A stretch of 64,000 nucleotides of DNA, taken from contig NC_068987.1 of the NCBI RefSeq assembly GCF_001194135.2, positions 34,905,703 through 34,969,702 of the forward strand, in the 5' to 3' direction. Source of the stretch: Octopus bimaculoides. Lineage: Eukaryota. Both the position numbers and the translations under genes were made by a program. Shown here one piece after another: positions 23,733-37,779 of the stretch. The notes beneath the pieces were generated by a model. That model was not told where the DNA came from, did no database searches, and saw nothing but the letters and a program-made list of their open reading frames with translations. Within the stretch, counting starts at the first letter, position 1. Every line of letters begins with the position of its first letter.

Positions 23733-25285
23733 CGTCTATGTTTAGAAAAATAAATAACCAACCACTTATAAAGTGATGCAAACTTGCCTGACTGTAATCA
23801 GACTCATTTTCAAATTCTGACTCCAGAGTTTAAAAAAAATGAGTATCATGAATTTTCCATTTTTTAACAAACTTTTATAGCAGGGCTAAAAAATGACTGT
23901 TTCGTAAAGAAGCATTTTTATAAACACATTCTTCTAAACTCACTGACAAGTCTATTAATAAACGTTTGTACATTTTTTTTTTAATTACACCAATTCATTT
24001 GTATCCATGTTCGTGTGGACAGAGAATGTGGAAACGACTTCTCTTGAACCAGTAAAATAGCATAGAAATTAATTTGATGATCGTATTCTGCATCAGTACG
24101 GCATAAACGCTTCTTTTAACTAAAAATCTACTTTTCACGGAATTGGTAATACTACGTTAACATTGTATGAACTTCTTTACCTTAGTTGTTTTGTGAAAAC
24201 TTTGTCCCTTGTTTCACCCACTCGATTGCCGGAATTGTTCTCGTTATCCTTTTTCAGGATATAATAGATGTTTCAATGTCTCGGATTGCACAGATGAAAC
24301 TTATGCCGTGGACTTATTCTATTGGTGAATTGCTGACTTATTTAATCTGATATGATTATTTTTCCCTATTTCTGTATTTCTGTGTTAATATATTAGCGGA
24401 TAAAACAATGTGTTTGAATATATTGTATTATGTCCATTCCACACCCACTTTGCTATATAATTATATTTGCACATACATAGATGCGTGTGTAGTTTCTGTT
24501 ATGTAACTTCTTTTTTTTTTTTTGTATGAGTAAATGTATAAATGAAAGAGAGTATTATTACAGCAGGCAATGTTAAAAACCAAACCACGTTTTGTAGTGA
24601 AAAAATTAATTTTCAATTATCCAAGTGTTTCATACTTATTTTCGTAATCCCTAAAGACGAAATGCAAAGTCAATCATGGTAAAAATCTAAGGATCTAAAA
24701 TGGATATTATTTTCGCTTAATACTGTGCTAATCCTAGGACCCAATATCCTCTTTCCCACATAATAATGTCAATATTAGATGAAAAGACATTTTAAGGCAA
24801 ATGATTAGTCGTTTAAATCGATCTCGCTAATTGATTTCTACGTGATGTTATTGATCATGAATGGATAAATGCTTAGTTGGCTCTAGCGTTCGATTCAAAG
24901 CGTAAAGCGACGTAATTAAATTCTGCTGTATTATATGCTTTTTCGTTATTAGTTAATATTCACAATTTTGTTTTCCATCGTTTCTGGGTCATTATCACCG
25001 ACAATATTTACCAGTTTAATAGACTTGCCCATTTGAATGTATGTTAAATCTTGTTGAGATTCAAAGGTGTCATTCACCCTTCTAAGAACGATCGCATTAT
25101 GACCTTGTTCAGTATTGTGACGGATATTAGAAAAACGCACTCTACTCCAAAAGCGGAAAACTTAGTGTTTAATTTTGAAATCATTATTAGAACGAAATGA
25201 TAAAATAATCGGCAGAACATGTGATAGATGATTCAATCTCGGCGTGGCACACCTCGCGAAATGGATCACAAGTCACGACTCCACA

Positions 25286-25304
25286 GAGAAAGAGAGAGAG
25301 AGAA

Positions 25305-25339
<35 letters not shown>

Positions 25340-25380
25340 AGAAGAAGAGAGAGAGAGAGAAGAGGAGAGAGGGGGAGAGA
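25286..25380. repeat. (GA)n/(GAA)n purine tract
   Basis: Direct reading of the sequence. Confidence 0.9.
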
Positions 25381-26011
25381 AATGGAGCGAGAGTGAAACA
25401 CAGTGAAGAGAATAACGCAACCAGCGAATGACATATTTATTTTCGATACAGAAAATGTGGAAGACCAAATTAATTTTGATAGGATTTCAAACTTTGGTGT
25501 GTATCTTGTTTGCGTGCGCGCTCAATGCTCATCACAAACTCATACGCTCACCCCCCCCCACACACAGAGACAAACAGACACACACACACGTACAGAAAAT
25601 GCATAAATGCACACATTTCCATACACTAACGACATATACACGTCAGTTTGTGGATTATTGGTAAGGCTCAGGGTCATAAGATTTTGAATCTAATATCTCG
25701 ACCAAGCAGCGTACTGAGTAAAGTACTTTTGCACTTGTCAACTCAACTCATCTAACAATGACTCCAGTCAACAACCAGCGCAGTTCTTTCTCATTCCAGC
25801 TGACGCATGAGAACGGAGCGAGTGGCCAAATTAGGTCGCTACTATATGCGCCCCTTAAAAAATTTGGTGAAAGCTTAGTGCATACATTCTGGTGATACAG
25901 CTATCATTTATACATTCACACAAAGACGCAAGTACGCACTCGCGCACAATACACTCACACTATGTGAGTGCGCGTATGTGTGTGTATGGGCGTATGTATG
26001 TATATATGTGT

Positions 26012-26055
<44 letters not shown>

Positions 26056-26798
26056 ATGTATGTAATTTCCTGCTCACACAAACATACACGCATTGTTTTA
26101 ACCCATACTGCTAACTGACACAATTTGCATTATTCAGAAACAACTGCAAAATTACCATACGACGTGTATTGAAAGAAAAGGATAAAACACAAACGATGAT
26201 GGAGAGACGGTGGAGAATTAAAACAATTATATGCAATCAACAGCAATTACGAGGGTGTTTTACAGAAATTATCTCATCACCGTAGAAACCAGTATTTTGT
26301 TGCTGCAGTTATACTTAAGAGACTAGCTTTCAGATGGCTTACTTGCTGTGTGTGCATTCCCATCCTCTCGCACAACCACCCCCAAAATATACGTATTTTC
26401 TCATTTCGGTATAATACTAACTCTCTGATTTGATCGCTCTTTTCATACTTGTCTTTCGTCTCCTTTTAGTGCCATTTCCTACTAAAACTTTTTCCCCCAG
26501 AATAAACACACACATTAACACACACACATTAACACACACACACACACACACACGCACACACTAACACGGACACATACAAACATACAAATATATATATNNN
26601 NNNNNNNNNNNNNNNNNNNNNNNNNNNNNNNNNNNNNNNNNNNNNNNNNNNNNNNNNNNNNNNNNNNNNNNNNNNNNNNNNNNNNNNNNNNNNNNNNNNN
26701 NNNNNNNNNNNNNNNNNNNNNNNNNNNNNNNNNNNNNNNNNNNNNNNNNNNNNNNNNNNNNNNNNNNNNNNNNNNNNNNNNNNNNNNNNNNNNNNNNN

Positions 26799-26829
<31 letters not shown>

Positions 26830-26832
26830 CAG

Positions 26833-27075
26833 TGGAGGCGCAATATCCCAGTGTTTAGGGCAGCGGACTCGCTGTACTCTTTCATAACAACGTTCTCTCA
26901 CTCTTTTTTCCTGTTTCTGTTGTACCTGTATTTCAAAGGGCCAGCCTTGTCGCGCTGAATCTCTCCGAGAGCTAAATTAAGGGTACACGTGTCTGTGGAA
27001 TGCTCAGCCACTTGCAGGTTAATTTCACGAGCAGGCTGTTCCTTTGATCGCAACAACTAGCCGACGGAGTGTCAC
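26833..27075 (+). mobile_element. SINE family C with internal deletion removing the B box
   Basis: Aligns to the 23339-23732 copy but jumps from ggactcgc directly to tgtactct. Confidence 0.85.
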
Positions 27076-28376
27076 GATACCTACAGACACACACACAAAC
27101 ACACACAGACACACACATATTATTTTATTAATTTCAGGAGATGAGTCCATAATGGGACCACAAACTGTTTTCTTAATACATTTCTTTTTTTATAAATCCT
27201 CCCCCTCTCTTTTTCACTTCTCTTCGATGCTCAAAAGGCTATTTTAAATGTTGCTCCTCTCTTTATATTCTATTATCAATGATTCCTTCACTCCAATGTT
27301 AGCTCTAGCCGTTTCCCACTATTCACCACATTGATTCAACTCAGATTCATTCTATTACACCCAATTTTTCAATACACAGTTTACCACTCCAAATCGTTCT
27401 CTCACATACACAGTATCATAGACACACAAACGTACATACACACGCGCGCGCACACAAACATACACACACATACACACATGCACATACACACACACAAATA
27501 CATACTAGCTGTCTTACAACTTGTTAATCGATTCCTCAATGTCCCGTTAGCTACGATAATCCGGTTGCTTAGTTCAGACCAGACATATTGGCGACTTCGT
27601 TATTCATGTTGCAATCATTAACAAACATTAAAGTCTGGTCTTGGATATCGAAGTTATCATTCATTCATTCATTCATTCATTCAAGTGTATATGTGTGTGT
27701 GTGCGCGTGCGTGTGCGCCTGCGCGTATTGTTTTGTTTGTTGTTGCTTGTTAATGTACATGCTTGGTTTGCAATTTTGTTTGTTTAGCAAAGCTATATTT
27801 CCGGTTCTGTGACTATGTCACAGCCAAATCAATCTCACCAGCACAAAGTATTATAAAACCATACAAACATAAAGTTATATAAATGCACAACGTAACAAAC
27901 AGCAGGTATATAGTTACGCCCCTTGCTGAACCAATATGTACACAAGCCTTTAATTCTAGTTGCCTTTTTTTTTCATATTGTGTACATACATAGTGCTTAT
28001 TCATCACTGGGCATTATTAATGAATTGCTTAATTTATATCAACTTCAACGTTAAATAGTTTTTTAATGCATATTATTTAGTATCATTCCCAAGTATAAGC
28101 ATCAGACACAAACACATATGTACAAAGACATATACTCAAACAGACACTGCCATTTATATATATATATATATATATATATATNNNNNNNNNNNNNNNNNNN
28201 NNNNNNNNNNNNNNNNNNNNNNNNNNNNNNNNNNNNNNNNNNNNNNNNNNNNNNNNNNNNNNNNNNNNNNNNNNNNNNNNNNNNTAGAAAGAGAGACATC
28301 TATTTATGAATCTCTATCTCTATCTATTTATCTATGTATGTATGTATGTATGTATGTATGTATGTATGTATGTATC

Positions 28377-28427
<51 letters not shown>

Positions 28428-28874
28428 AAGAAATTGTATTTACTGTTAATATTGATTCTTCCCTACATGTTTCAAATTGTCTATCAGAAATCTATACTGG
28501 ACACTGTGTCGACCAGTGCTTATTGCATCCTGTCCAGAAGGTTTTAAACGTATAGCATCATAGACATAATTTGAACTCACAAGTTAAAAGAGCAGGACGA
28601 AGTGCATCAAGGAAGTTTATCTAGTGTTCTATCTATTCTGAGATCTTCCAGTAACATATTTCAGTTTGGGTTCCTTTCAGTGTTTGACATTTGACGAAAT
28701 GTTTACTTTCAATATTTTAGTTGTAGTACACGTTCCTCGTTGGCATATAAGTCATAAATATTGATGAGAGAGTAAACGAAAAACATTGCATTTCTTATGA
28801 ATTATAAAAATAGACAGTTTAGTTTTATTTCGCATATATATGTAAAGACTCCCGAATATTAAAAACAGTTACCA

Positions 28875-29210
28875 TGTTTTCTTTTATTTGTTTCAGTTAG
28901 CGCTCTGCGCCATTATTGGGGTACGGTCTTAAAAGTAGTTTTAGTCTACAGACATATCACGTTACATATTGCTTTTTAAGTCTGGTACTTACTCTGTGGG
29001 TCTTTTTTTGCAGAATTCCTTTGTAACGAAGACGTAAACAAACTAACACTGGCTGTCACGAGGTTGGGGAAACGGCAGCATACTGAATAATTCACATACA
29101 CATTTATAAACAGAACAGGCTTCCACAAAATTTCCGTCTAGCAAATCAACACTGTAGGCATTGGTTACACAAGGCTTTAGTAGTCAAGACTTGATCAAAA
29201 GTATTGTGTT
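28875..29210 (-). mobile_element. Diverged SINE family B, near full length
   Basis: ttttatttgtttcag..., aagtctggtacttactct, gacgtaaacaaactaacactgg and tttccgtctagcaaatc align with the 42373-42806 copy. Confidence 0.7.
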
Positions 29211-29677
29211 TTATCGTAGTTCTTTGTATATGAATCAGTGTATGGATATTAGATGTTTAGGGAAATATTAAGTACGTGTTTTTGGATGATTTGCTTATGA
29301 ATACATAAGCAATCATACGTACATATATATCGACACACATATATTCATGCATACACACATATATACAAACATACATACACACACATACGCACGTACGTAC
29401 GTAAATACATGCATGCATATGTATGTATATATTAATATTTATTTTTTATGATGAGTAATAATAATATATTAAACTGGAGTATTAATCAATACATTTTGTA
29501 GGGCAGTAATTTCTTCTTCGTTAACAAGAATGGTATTGACAGTGACTCCGAAGTTTTCTCCAGTTAAGATATTGTCTTACAGTCCGATGATGACAGCTAC
29601 TCAAACTTCGAAATCACTCTCAATACTATTCTTGTTGAAGAATAATGTGTGTGTACACACGCACACACACACGCGCG

Positions 29678-29727
<50 letters not shown>

Positions 29728-29728
<1 letters not shown>

Positions 29729-30703
29729 GTCGCGTCTTGTCCCTACTTTCAAAACACAACAACTGATGAAGGGAATGTTCTTTGTGTTGCCTGTCTCGTT
29801 TCTCTATTGTTTCTGTCGTTGTTCGAAAAAAGTTCGTTTTCTGTTTTTGCTTCCTGTGTTCTCGTTTCTCATATTGTTGACGTTTTTGTAAAAATTTCAT
29901 GTACCCATATATGCATGTATAATTATACATATATATGTAGATATGTTCATATATGTATGTATATCTGCATATATTTATATATTATTTATATCAATATATG
30001 ATCGAACGCCACGCATTCATTTTCAACAAAGTTTTATCCTTATAATTCCGATGCGCACTACATCCCTCCCTATTCTTTCTCTGCATCTCCCTCTCGTGTT
30101 CTTCTTCCTTTCTGTTTTTCTCTCCCACCCTTTCCCTCTTCTTCTCCTCTTCTTTTAACAGTTCCCCGCTCCCTCTCACTCTTCCTCCTTGATTCTCTCT
30201 TTGCTCACACGTGACCAACGGCTATCCATCTTCCTTTCTTCCATTTCTTTCCTAAAGACAAGACGTGCTTTTGCCTGTCTCTTCTCAAAGCTCATTTTTC
30301 CATCGTTCACTAGTTCACATCGCCTTGGCTTAACAGCCCTCACCGCTTGTTTTTACTGTTTTGTTCTTAGTGTCCTGATTTTGTTACCATTTTGACCCTC
30401 CACAGAAAATCCTAAATTTTTATTTAGTCGGGTCTTGTTCCTACCTTCGAAACGCAGAGTAGATAAAACAGAGGACAACTGATGAAGGGAATGTTCTTTA
30501 TGTTAAATATCTCGTTTCTCTATTTGTTTCTTTCGTTTTTCGAAAAAAGTTCGTTTTTTATGTTTTTGTTTTTTATCTATTCGTTTCTCATTTAGTTGAC
30601 GTTTTTTGATATCCTGTACCCATATAAGCATGTATATATACATATATGTGTAGGTATTTACATATATGTATGTATATATGCATATATTTATATATTATTT
30701 ATA
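29728..30703 (+). repeat. ~270-bp diverged direct repeats (29728-29990 and 30426-30703) flanking ~430 bp; Penelope-like pLTR-type arrangement
   Basis: Both units share agtc.gtcttgt.cctac.ttc.aaac...caactgatgaagggaatgttcttt...cgaaaaaagttcgtttt...gtacccatat..gcatgtat. The Penelope assignment is inference from architecture. Confidence 0.6.
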
Positions 30704-31078
30704 TTTATATATATTTTTCTTTAAATGTTTACGTACATACATAAATGTACATGTCAGTGTGCTTCCCTGTCAAATGTACACAATGCATGCCAGTCCCCAT
30801 AGTCCTTACGTCAACACATTTATGACGTCTCCTTAGTGAGTACCAGCCCTATTTCACTTCTCGTATTTACATCACTTCTTGTCTCCCTTCCAGCTTATAT
30901 TCCGAAATTTTTAACATATTACACTATAATCTTGTCAGCACTTTTTCTATCGCATTTATTTCGAACACCGCAAAAGTGATGCAGACAGCCATTAACAATA
31001 AAGTGCTGCAATAATATTAATATACTTCTCTCTCTCTCTGTTTATCAATTAATCTATCTATCCATCTCTCTCTCTCTT

Positions 31079-31126
<48 letters not shown>

Positions 31127-32886
31127 TTTCTCACCCTTCTCTCTCTCATAATTAATTACCAGTAGAAATTGTTTAACCTAAATGTCCTGAATACTTTTTG
31201 CATTCTTATCACTATTTGGTTTCGCCTCCGTAATATTTGGTAAATATTTGGTAAATAGATGCTTATTTTATCCATCATTTCAAGGATCTTACTTGACTAT
31301 ATTACTAATTGTATGCCTCGACATCCCGTACATACTTGCAGTATATCGACACCCTACATGATTCATCCCCACAGTCAGGCGTATATGAATTTTCACTTCT
31401 CTACAAAACTTCCGTTCTCATGTTTCATTCACATGAAGCTATTACGTCAAATACCATACTTAAGCTGAATCTATGAACATTGACATGACAAATAATCTAA
31501 TAATTAATGAACTGTGTGCGGTCAAAAGTTTTCGGATTATTTTGTACATATTTTCCAGAAACCAAAACTATATTTAATCTTGAATATATATAATAGCACT
31601 CGGAAGCAAATATGGACCTTAGACACTTATGATAAATCCTGCCCAAATTATAAAACACTGCAATAGTTTCCAGATACTTGTTTTCTCCATTTATTTAAGA
31701 AGTTGGACTACATCGAACGTATCAGCTAAAGTATAAACAGGTTTTTAAATATCACAGGTGCAGTTAATTTTCTACTGGAATAAATATTACGAGCAAAAAA
31801 TATATCCCATATAAACCACTCATAATCGCATATTCTTTATAAAAGACTACTTAATAGAGGAATTAGGAAAGAAACTAAAGTCACATATTCCTATGTCGTT
31901 CAACATCCTGCGTCAGTTTGAAATCTAATATGTGTGGTATTGTTATTCAGAAAATGGTATTTCAGCTTCACAAAGACCTGTAATTACTGATGTAATACAG
32001 TTTACAATGATTATTGTTATATCATTCATGGCTCGTTATAACATTACGACGAGAAAATATAGTATTAAACACTTTATTTCTTATGTGAATAACCAATTAC
32101 GTGCTTAACATTCGATGACACGTTTCCATCACCAGATTTCAACATACGTTTCCATATATGGGTATGCCTCTGTCTGAGTGAATGCGTGTTTCAAATAGGT
32201 GTGTGTATGTGTGTGTGTGTGTGTGTGTGTGTCTATGCATGTATGTATATCTATATATACGTATATATGTATGTACATATCTGTGTTATATAATATATAT
32301 AATNNNNNNNNNNNNNNNNNNNNNNNNNNNNNNNNNNNNNNNNNNNNNNNNNNNNATATATATATATATATATATATACATACATACATAAATACGTACA
32401 TACATATATACATACAGACATACGTATGTAGGTATATATGTACATATGCACGTATGCGTTTATGTATTCAAAATGGTTGTGTCGATATATGTATGTATAT
32501 CTGTGAGCAACATAGAATCTTACATTGAATGCAATCAATAATTTATCATTCGACATAAAGTATTGTTTGTAGAAAATATTGTAGAATCGGCACACTATAA
32601 TTCTAACATTCATTTTTTAAGATTAACATATGATTTATCGACAAAATATAATTGTAAGCTCATTAGTTTTATGCATAACAGAAAATAATAAATAATATAA
32701 CACAAGAATAGATGACAAATATGGAAATATCAGGAGTCTATGCATCCAGGGACGTTTCATACACATGCACGCTGGCTGCATGCAGCACTCCGATGCACAC
32801 GTATGCAAGCACACAAATATGTACACACACACACACACACACACATACACACACACATTTATATATCTATACACACACACACACAT

Positions 32887-32955
<69 letters not shown>

Positions 32956-33044
32956 TGTACGTTAATTACATGTATTTATTTTAAATCTTGTCACGTAATA
33001 ACGACGGAGCATTTACAAAGTTGTAATGCTAATTTCATTGTAAA

Positions 33045-34178
33045 CTAGCAGAAATACCCGGCTTTGCCGAGGTTAAAGAGAATAATGAAATCTAAAAACG
33101 CCGTCTAGACTACGCAACCCTCAACTGTTAGTAGCTACGATACCATATTTCTACATTAATAACTCTCCAATCCATGCCAGCATGGAACATAGGCATTAAG
33201 TGGAATGCCAGTCTCTCATCTGGGAAGGCCTTGAAATCAATGTTACCAACTGGGGACTATGTTTGTCGCAGTGACAATAAAAAGACTCAAAGGAGGTCTG
33301 CAACGAAATAAATTAACTCAACACTTTGCAAGTGAATCAGTGGAGGCAAAGATGCGTCTCATTTACTTGACAATTTATGCACCACATTGCAGAAATCACA
33401 ATGTAAGTATATCTGAAAGGGTAGTCTTACACTGTTGTACCGTTGAATTACAAATAATGTTATGTTCGGGTTAAAATTTCATCAACGTCAAAAATATATG
33501 AATTTTGATGGGAGGTATGGCCGTTATGCATAGAATGTAATTTCTAAATTTCATAAAGATCCATTCAGTACTTTTGACGTAGTTTTGGATAAGAAAACAA
33601 ATGACTAATGTGTGTGTTTGTATGCATGTGTATGTGTGTGATGGGTGTATATATGTATAGATATCTGTATGCATGTATATATATGTATATATGTGTACAT
33701 ATTACATGTACATCTATATATATATATACATCTACACATATGTATACATATACATGTATGGATATAGATCTATATCTATATATATATCTTTACATATACG
33801 TGTACATATACATCTATATGTATACATATACATCTCTCTCTCTATCTCTTTCTCTCTTTCTCTCTCTCTCTCTCTGAAAGTATCTGTCATTACAGTATCG
33901 AAATGTGATTGTTTCAGTTAGTGGAATAGTTTCATGTTTAAAGTGAAAGTATTTAACATGAGTGTTTTTGTTTCACTTTTGACACGTAATACTTAAATAG
34001 TGGAGGAGATATTATGTTGCCGTGGGCTCGAACTCTGCAATAAGTTAAAACACAACTGGAACCCTAAGTAAGGCATCTGTAAAATTTGAATGAAATTGGT
34101 TGCGTAGTTCTCGAGTTTTAGGGATACACACACACAGACAGACAGACAGACACACATTCTCATTTTTATATATATAGA
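33045..34178 (-). mobile_element. Non-autonomous Helitron with a Pif1-type helicase remnant
   Basis: Minus strand: A|TCTATATATATAAAA 5' end (34178), 3' hairpin CCTCGGCAAAGCCGGG, then CTAG|T (33045), with an AT target. Decayed IDFKAFPDERLAF...QLRVA*SR resembles the helicase FP.RLAF...GQLYVA.SR motifs. Confidence 0.8.
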
Positions 34179-34609
34179 TTCCTTGCAGAATAATCCATGT
34201 CCCACTTAAAACGAAATTAATATAACCATGTGCACTAATAATTTTTGTTACGAATGTAAATTTTACAATCGAATCAGAGAAGCATTTTACTTCCAAACAT
34301 TTATCCGCAAATATTCTCTTTCTAGCGAATTTTGAAGGGAATATTCTAGACTGCCGGGCATCCAACCTTTATAGTTTTCAGTAACGTTTCTATTTCGCAA
34401 GCTGGTTACATTTGCGTTTGGTACAAGTTTCTATAGAACTCCTTCAAAAATATATTTGGTGCTCAAAAATATTTATGTATTTTGAGGGAAATATGTACTA
34501 TGAAGCGGGAATGGCATTTGTAATAGAGAATATCATGATGTGTTTCAAGCTATTTACCTTTCAATTTTTGGCAAAATTTCAGCAGATCTAGTGAAGTACG
34601 TCTTCGATT

Positions 34610-34768
34610 AGATCGGCCCCATTGCTCAACCGGTGCTTCCATTATTGACTCTGAAATGATGAGAGTCAAAGAAGACGGAATTGGAACTAAGCACTGATAG
34701 AGCCGGAAGAAATGCTGTTTAGCATTTTGCTCAATGTGCTATTGATTCTGCTAGCTCTCTGCCTTAAT
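34610..34768 (-). mobile_element. Diverged SINE family A
   Basis: The segment ...gattctgctagctctctgccttaa matches the reverse complement of the family A head. Confidence 0.6.
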
Positions 34769-34893
34769 TTTAAGTGATTGCATTGGTGGCGTATTAGAGC
34801 GGTTTATGCCGACCTATGCATCGTAGCTTGTATGCGTGTATACACGTGCGCGCCTGCGCACACATACACGCACACAAACGCGAGCGCGCGCAA

Positions 34894-34943
<50 letters not shown>

Positions 34944-36579
34944 GAACACACGCACATATGTATATGCTCCTTACAGTGCTTACGTTCTTTTTTAATATTT
35001 TCTCCCCTTTTGATATGAGCGTTTCCGCTTGTATACATAAAATAGAAATCAAGTAAACCTCACGTCAGTATTCTACTGAAATTGAAGCTGTGTAACGCAT
35101 TTTATTCACTATAATGCTTTTTAAAGGCTTCTAAAGACGTGACAATTTGACATAAAAACAGTAGTTTTTTTTGTACGGAAAAACAACCTCCTGGATGCAT
35201 CACAGTAGTAAACCTTCCCACCTTGCAGGATACATTCTCGTTGTGGACGTAATCCACCCGCTTTTGTGGACACATTCATCTATGTATACGTTTATTAACA
35301 GTCGTATCACTATATGACCCTCAAATCTGAATGATGTCTTAGAAGAACCTTGTTGACAAGTGGGCACTTACAACTGGCAGTCTGATTTCTTCCAGAAATT
35401 GTTACAGATAGAATAAGTTGAATGAATATAATAATGTAGTGGTATTATATTTAACTGGTCAGAAAGAGTGAAAGGCGGATCTGCGGTATTTGAAATCGGA
35501 GCTCAGAGATCGGTGACAATATGAAATATCCTACTGACAGTCTTACGAACCGGTCGTTTGCCGTCTGTAGTCTGTAGCGTGTGCGCGTAGTCATTTACAC
35601 ATGTTTAATCTTCCAAACAATATGTTATGTCGGTATAATCGACAGTACGTTACAGCTAAATCTCTCTAAACATTTCATGTATATGTCTGTGTGTGTGTGT
35701 GTTAGGTGTACGTGTGCACGCGTGTTCATCTATGTATTTAATTTGCATGTACGTATACATATCTCAGAGTTGTTATAAATAACCAAACACAATCCCGGTT
35801 TTTATCTATTACAGACATTAGCAAATCTACCCATCTACGATAGAGGTATAAGATGAGGGAGGAAAGTCATAACAGGAATATGTACTGATAAATATCTGAA
35901 TGGTCTTGATACATTACTGGGTGATGCCTTAGAGAAATCACGTTATTGTCGGTGATACAACATTCTATTGCAGCTATAAGACACGTGTTTCAGACAGTGA
36001 CATGTGATGACGATTCGCTCCCGAACGGAAATAGGCTCCCAGCCTCTGTGTCATGAATGGTTATGTGGACCACTCCTAACAAAAGCCAGAGCTTCGTTCG
36101 ACCACTACATAAAAAGTATTAAGAAAAAAAATGTTATGTAGATATACTTTTATTCTAATTTACAATATTTTACTCTTGTTCCTACACTTGTACATTCAAC
36201 GTTCAGAAATTTCCTTATTTAAATTATGAATCATATTCCTTTCGATAATATGAATATGATAACAAAATTTCATTGTAGACGATATTTTGTTTCGTCGACA
36301 TAAATTTTCAAATTACTTGAGTTTGCTGCTTTACTCATAGTGACGTATAACTGGCCGTGTGTAAAGACTGGAATGGGTAAAATTACACCTACACGATCTA
36401 AAGTCTCGTCTTGTGCTTTGTTTGCTGTAAATGCGCGAATGGAATCTATAGGAATCTACCAATTTGCGATGGGAATTAAGGGCATGGTATCGCAAATCTC
36501 AAACCTCTAACTTTACGAACAATACGGGGAGTTTATCTCCGTAGCCAGGATTTTAACAAAAAAAAAATTAAAGTTGATT

Positions 36580-36995
36580 CATAAATACAAATACTAAAAT
36601 CCAATAAATAATCATACTTTTTCACATTTGTCCTGATTACCTCCTTCGTAATCGCGAAAAATATCGTGACCATTGGTCCAGCCGTTCGACCGAGAAAAGG
36701 GAACAGACAGAGAGACGGACATAATGCCCATTATCGTAAGAAGATGACTTAGTTCCCTTTGCTTCGTTTATTAGTTATCTCCCACTTAATTTTTATTTAC
36801 GCTCGTAAACTGAACAATTACTCTGAAAATCCACTAAATAATCATATTTTGTCACATTCTTTTTCGCTAAAAACCTTCCTGATAACTTCCTTCGTAATCT
36901 CGAAGAACATCGTGACCATTGGTCCAGACGTTTGACCACGAAGAGGCCACATACAGACAGACGGACATAACGTCCATTATACTAAGATATCATAG
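36580..36995 (-). mobile_element. Two tandem Helitron-like 5' terminal units
   Basis: Two diverged ~170-bp units share aaataatcata, cttcgtaatc.cgaa.aa.atcgtgaccattggtccag.cgtt.gacc and gacggacataa. Each ends in ..AGAT (A|TC on the minus strand) after a GACA-type repeat, as at 34178. Confidence 0.55.
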
Positions 36996-37779
36996 ATATA
37001 GGAACGAAAAGTAAATACACCTTAAATACAACTTCAGATGTCTCCTCAATTTAGAGATTAATATTCTATTGATTGTGTTCAGGAAGTACATCTCTAGAGA
37101 CCAAAAATATCTAAAAAGATCGGAATTAAAATATCATGAAATAAAATAGTGAAAAATGTGCCTGTACGCCGGTGAGTATGTGAGTATGTGTATGTATGTG
37201 TGTGTTTGTGTTTGTGTGTGCGTGTGTTTGAGTGTGTATGTATGCGTGTAAGACAGATAAAGAGGAAGAGAGTACAAGTTATATTGGGATTATTTGTAGA
37301 AACAAATGTGTACACAAGCAAAAATTGAACATGGCGTAAGAACTTATTCGGTATGAACGGTATCAGATAATTTAACAAATCAATGACTTATATCAAAAGA
37401 AATTACTAGTGGCTATATTTATTGCTTGACGGACGTAAAACCAGACTATTTCATTCACATTATCAACATCATTGCTTTACATAATTTGAATACAAATCCC
37501 GTAAGAATAATTCAGTAATTTAATTTTTAACCCCCGTATACCCGAAAAGAATATTTCTCGGTGGGTAAATCTTTGAATCTTTATCAGGAATTTATATTTC
37601 TGATTTATTTAATGATTCAATACTAGGTCTGCAAATCGATTGTGATTGCATGTGTGAAGATGAAAATTAAGATTTTTAGTTGTTTAGTCTGTTCAGTATG
37701 ATAATGATTATCAAATGGTCCGCCTACAGTTGAGCCAGTTGGCTGTCATATATATTTCTAATTATTTATTGCGCAGAGT

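Noticed and set aside
26248-26390. TACGAGGGTG start resembling a mariner TIR (also at 4291)
   Set aside because: No matching opposite TIR or transposase remnant was found.
28871-28930. Strong acceptor tttcttttatttgtttcAG followed by a 24-nt micro-exon-like segment and GTACGG
   Set aside because: It lies in the antisense tail of a family B SINE, which always supplies this acceptor-like string. There is no evidence of exonisation without RNA data.
30440-30495. CGAAAC...CTGATGAAGG as a type II hammerhead
   Set aside because: There is no UH triplet with a pairable stem I, and stem II would overlap the core.
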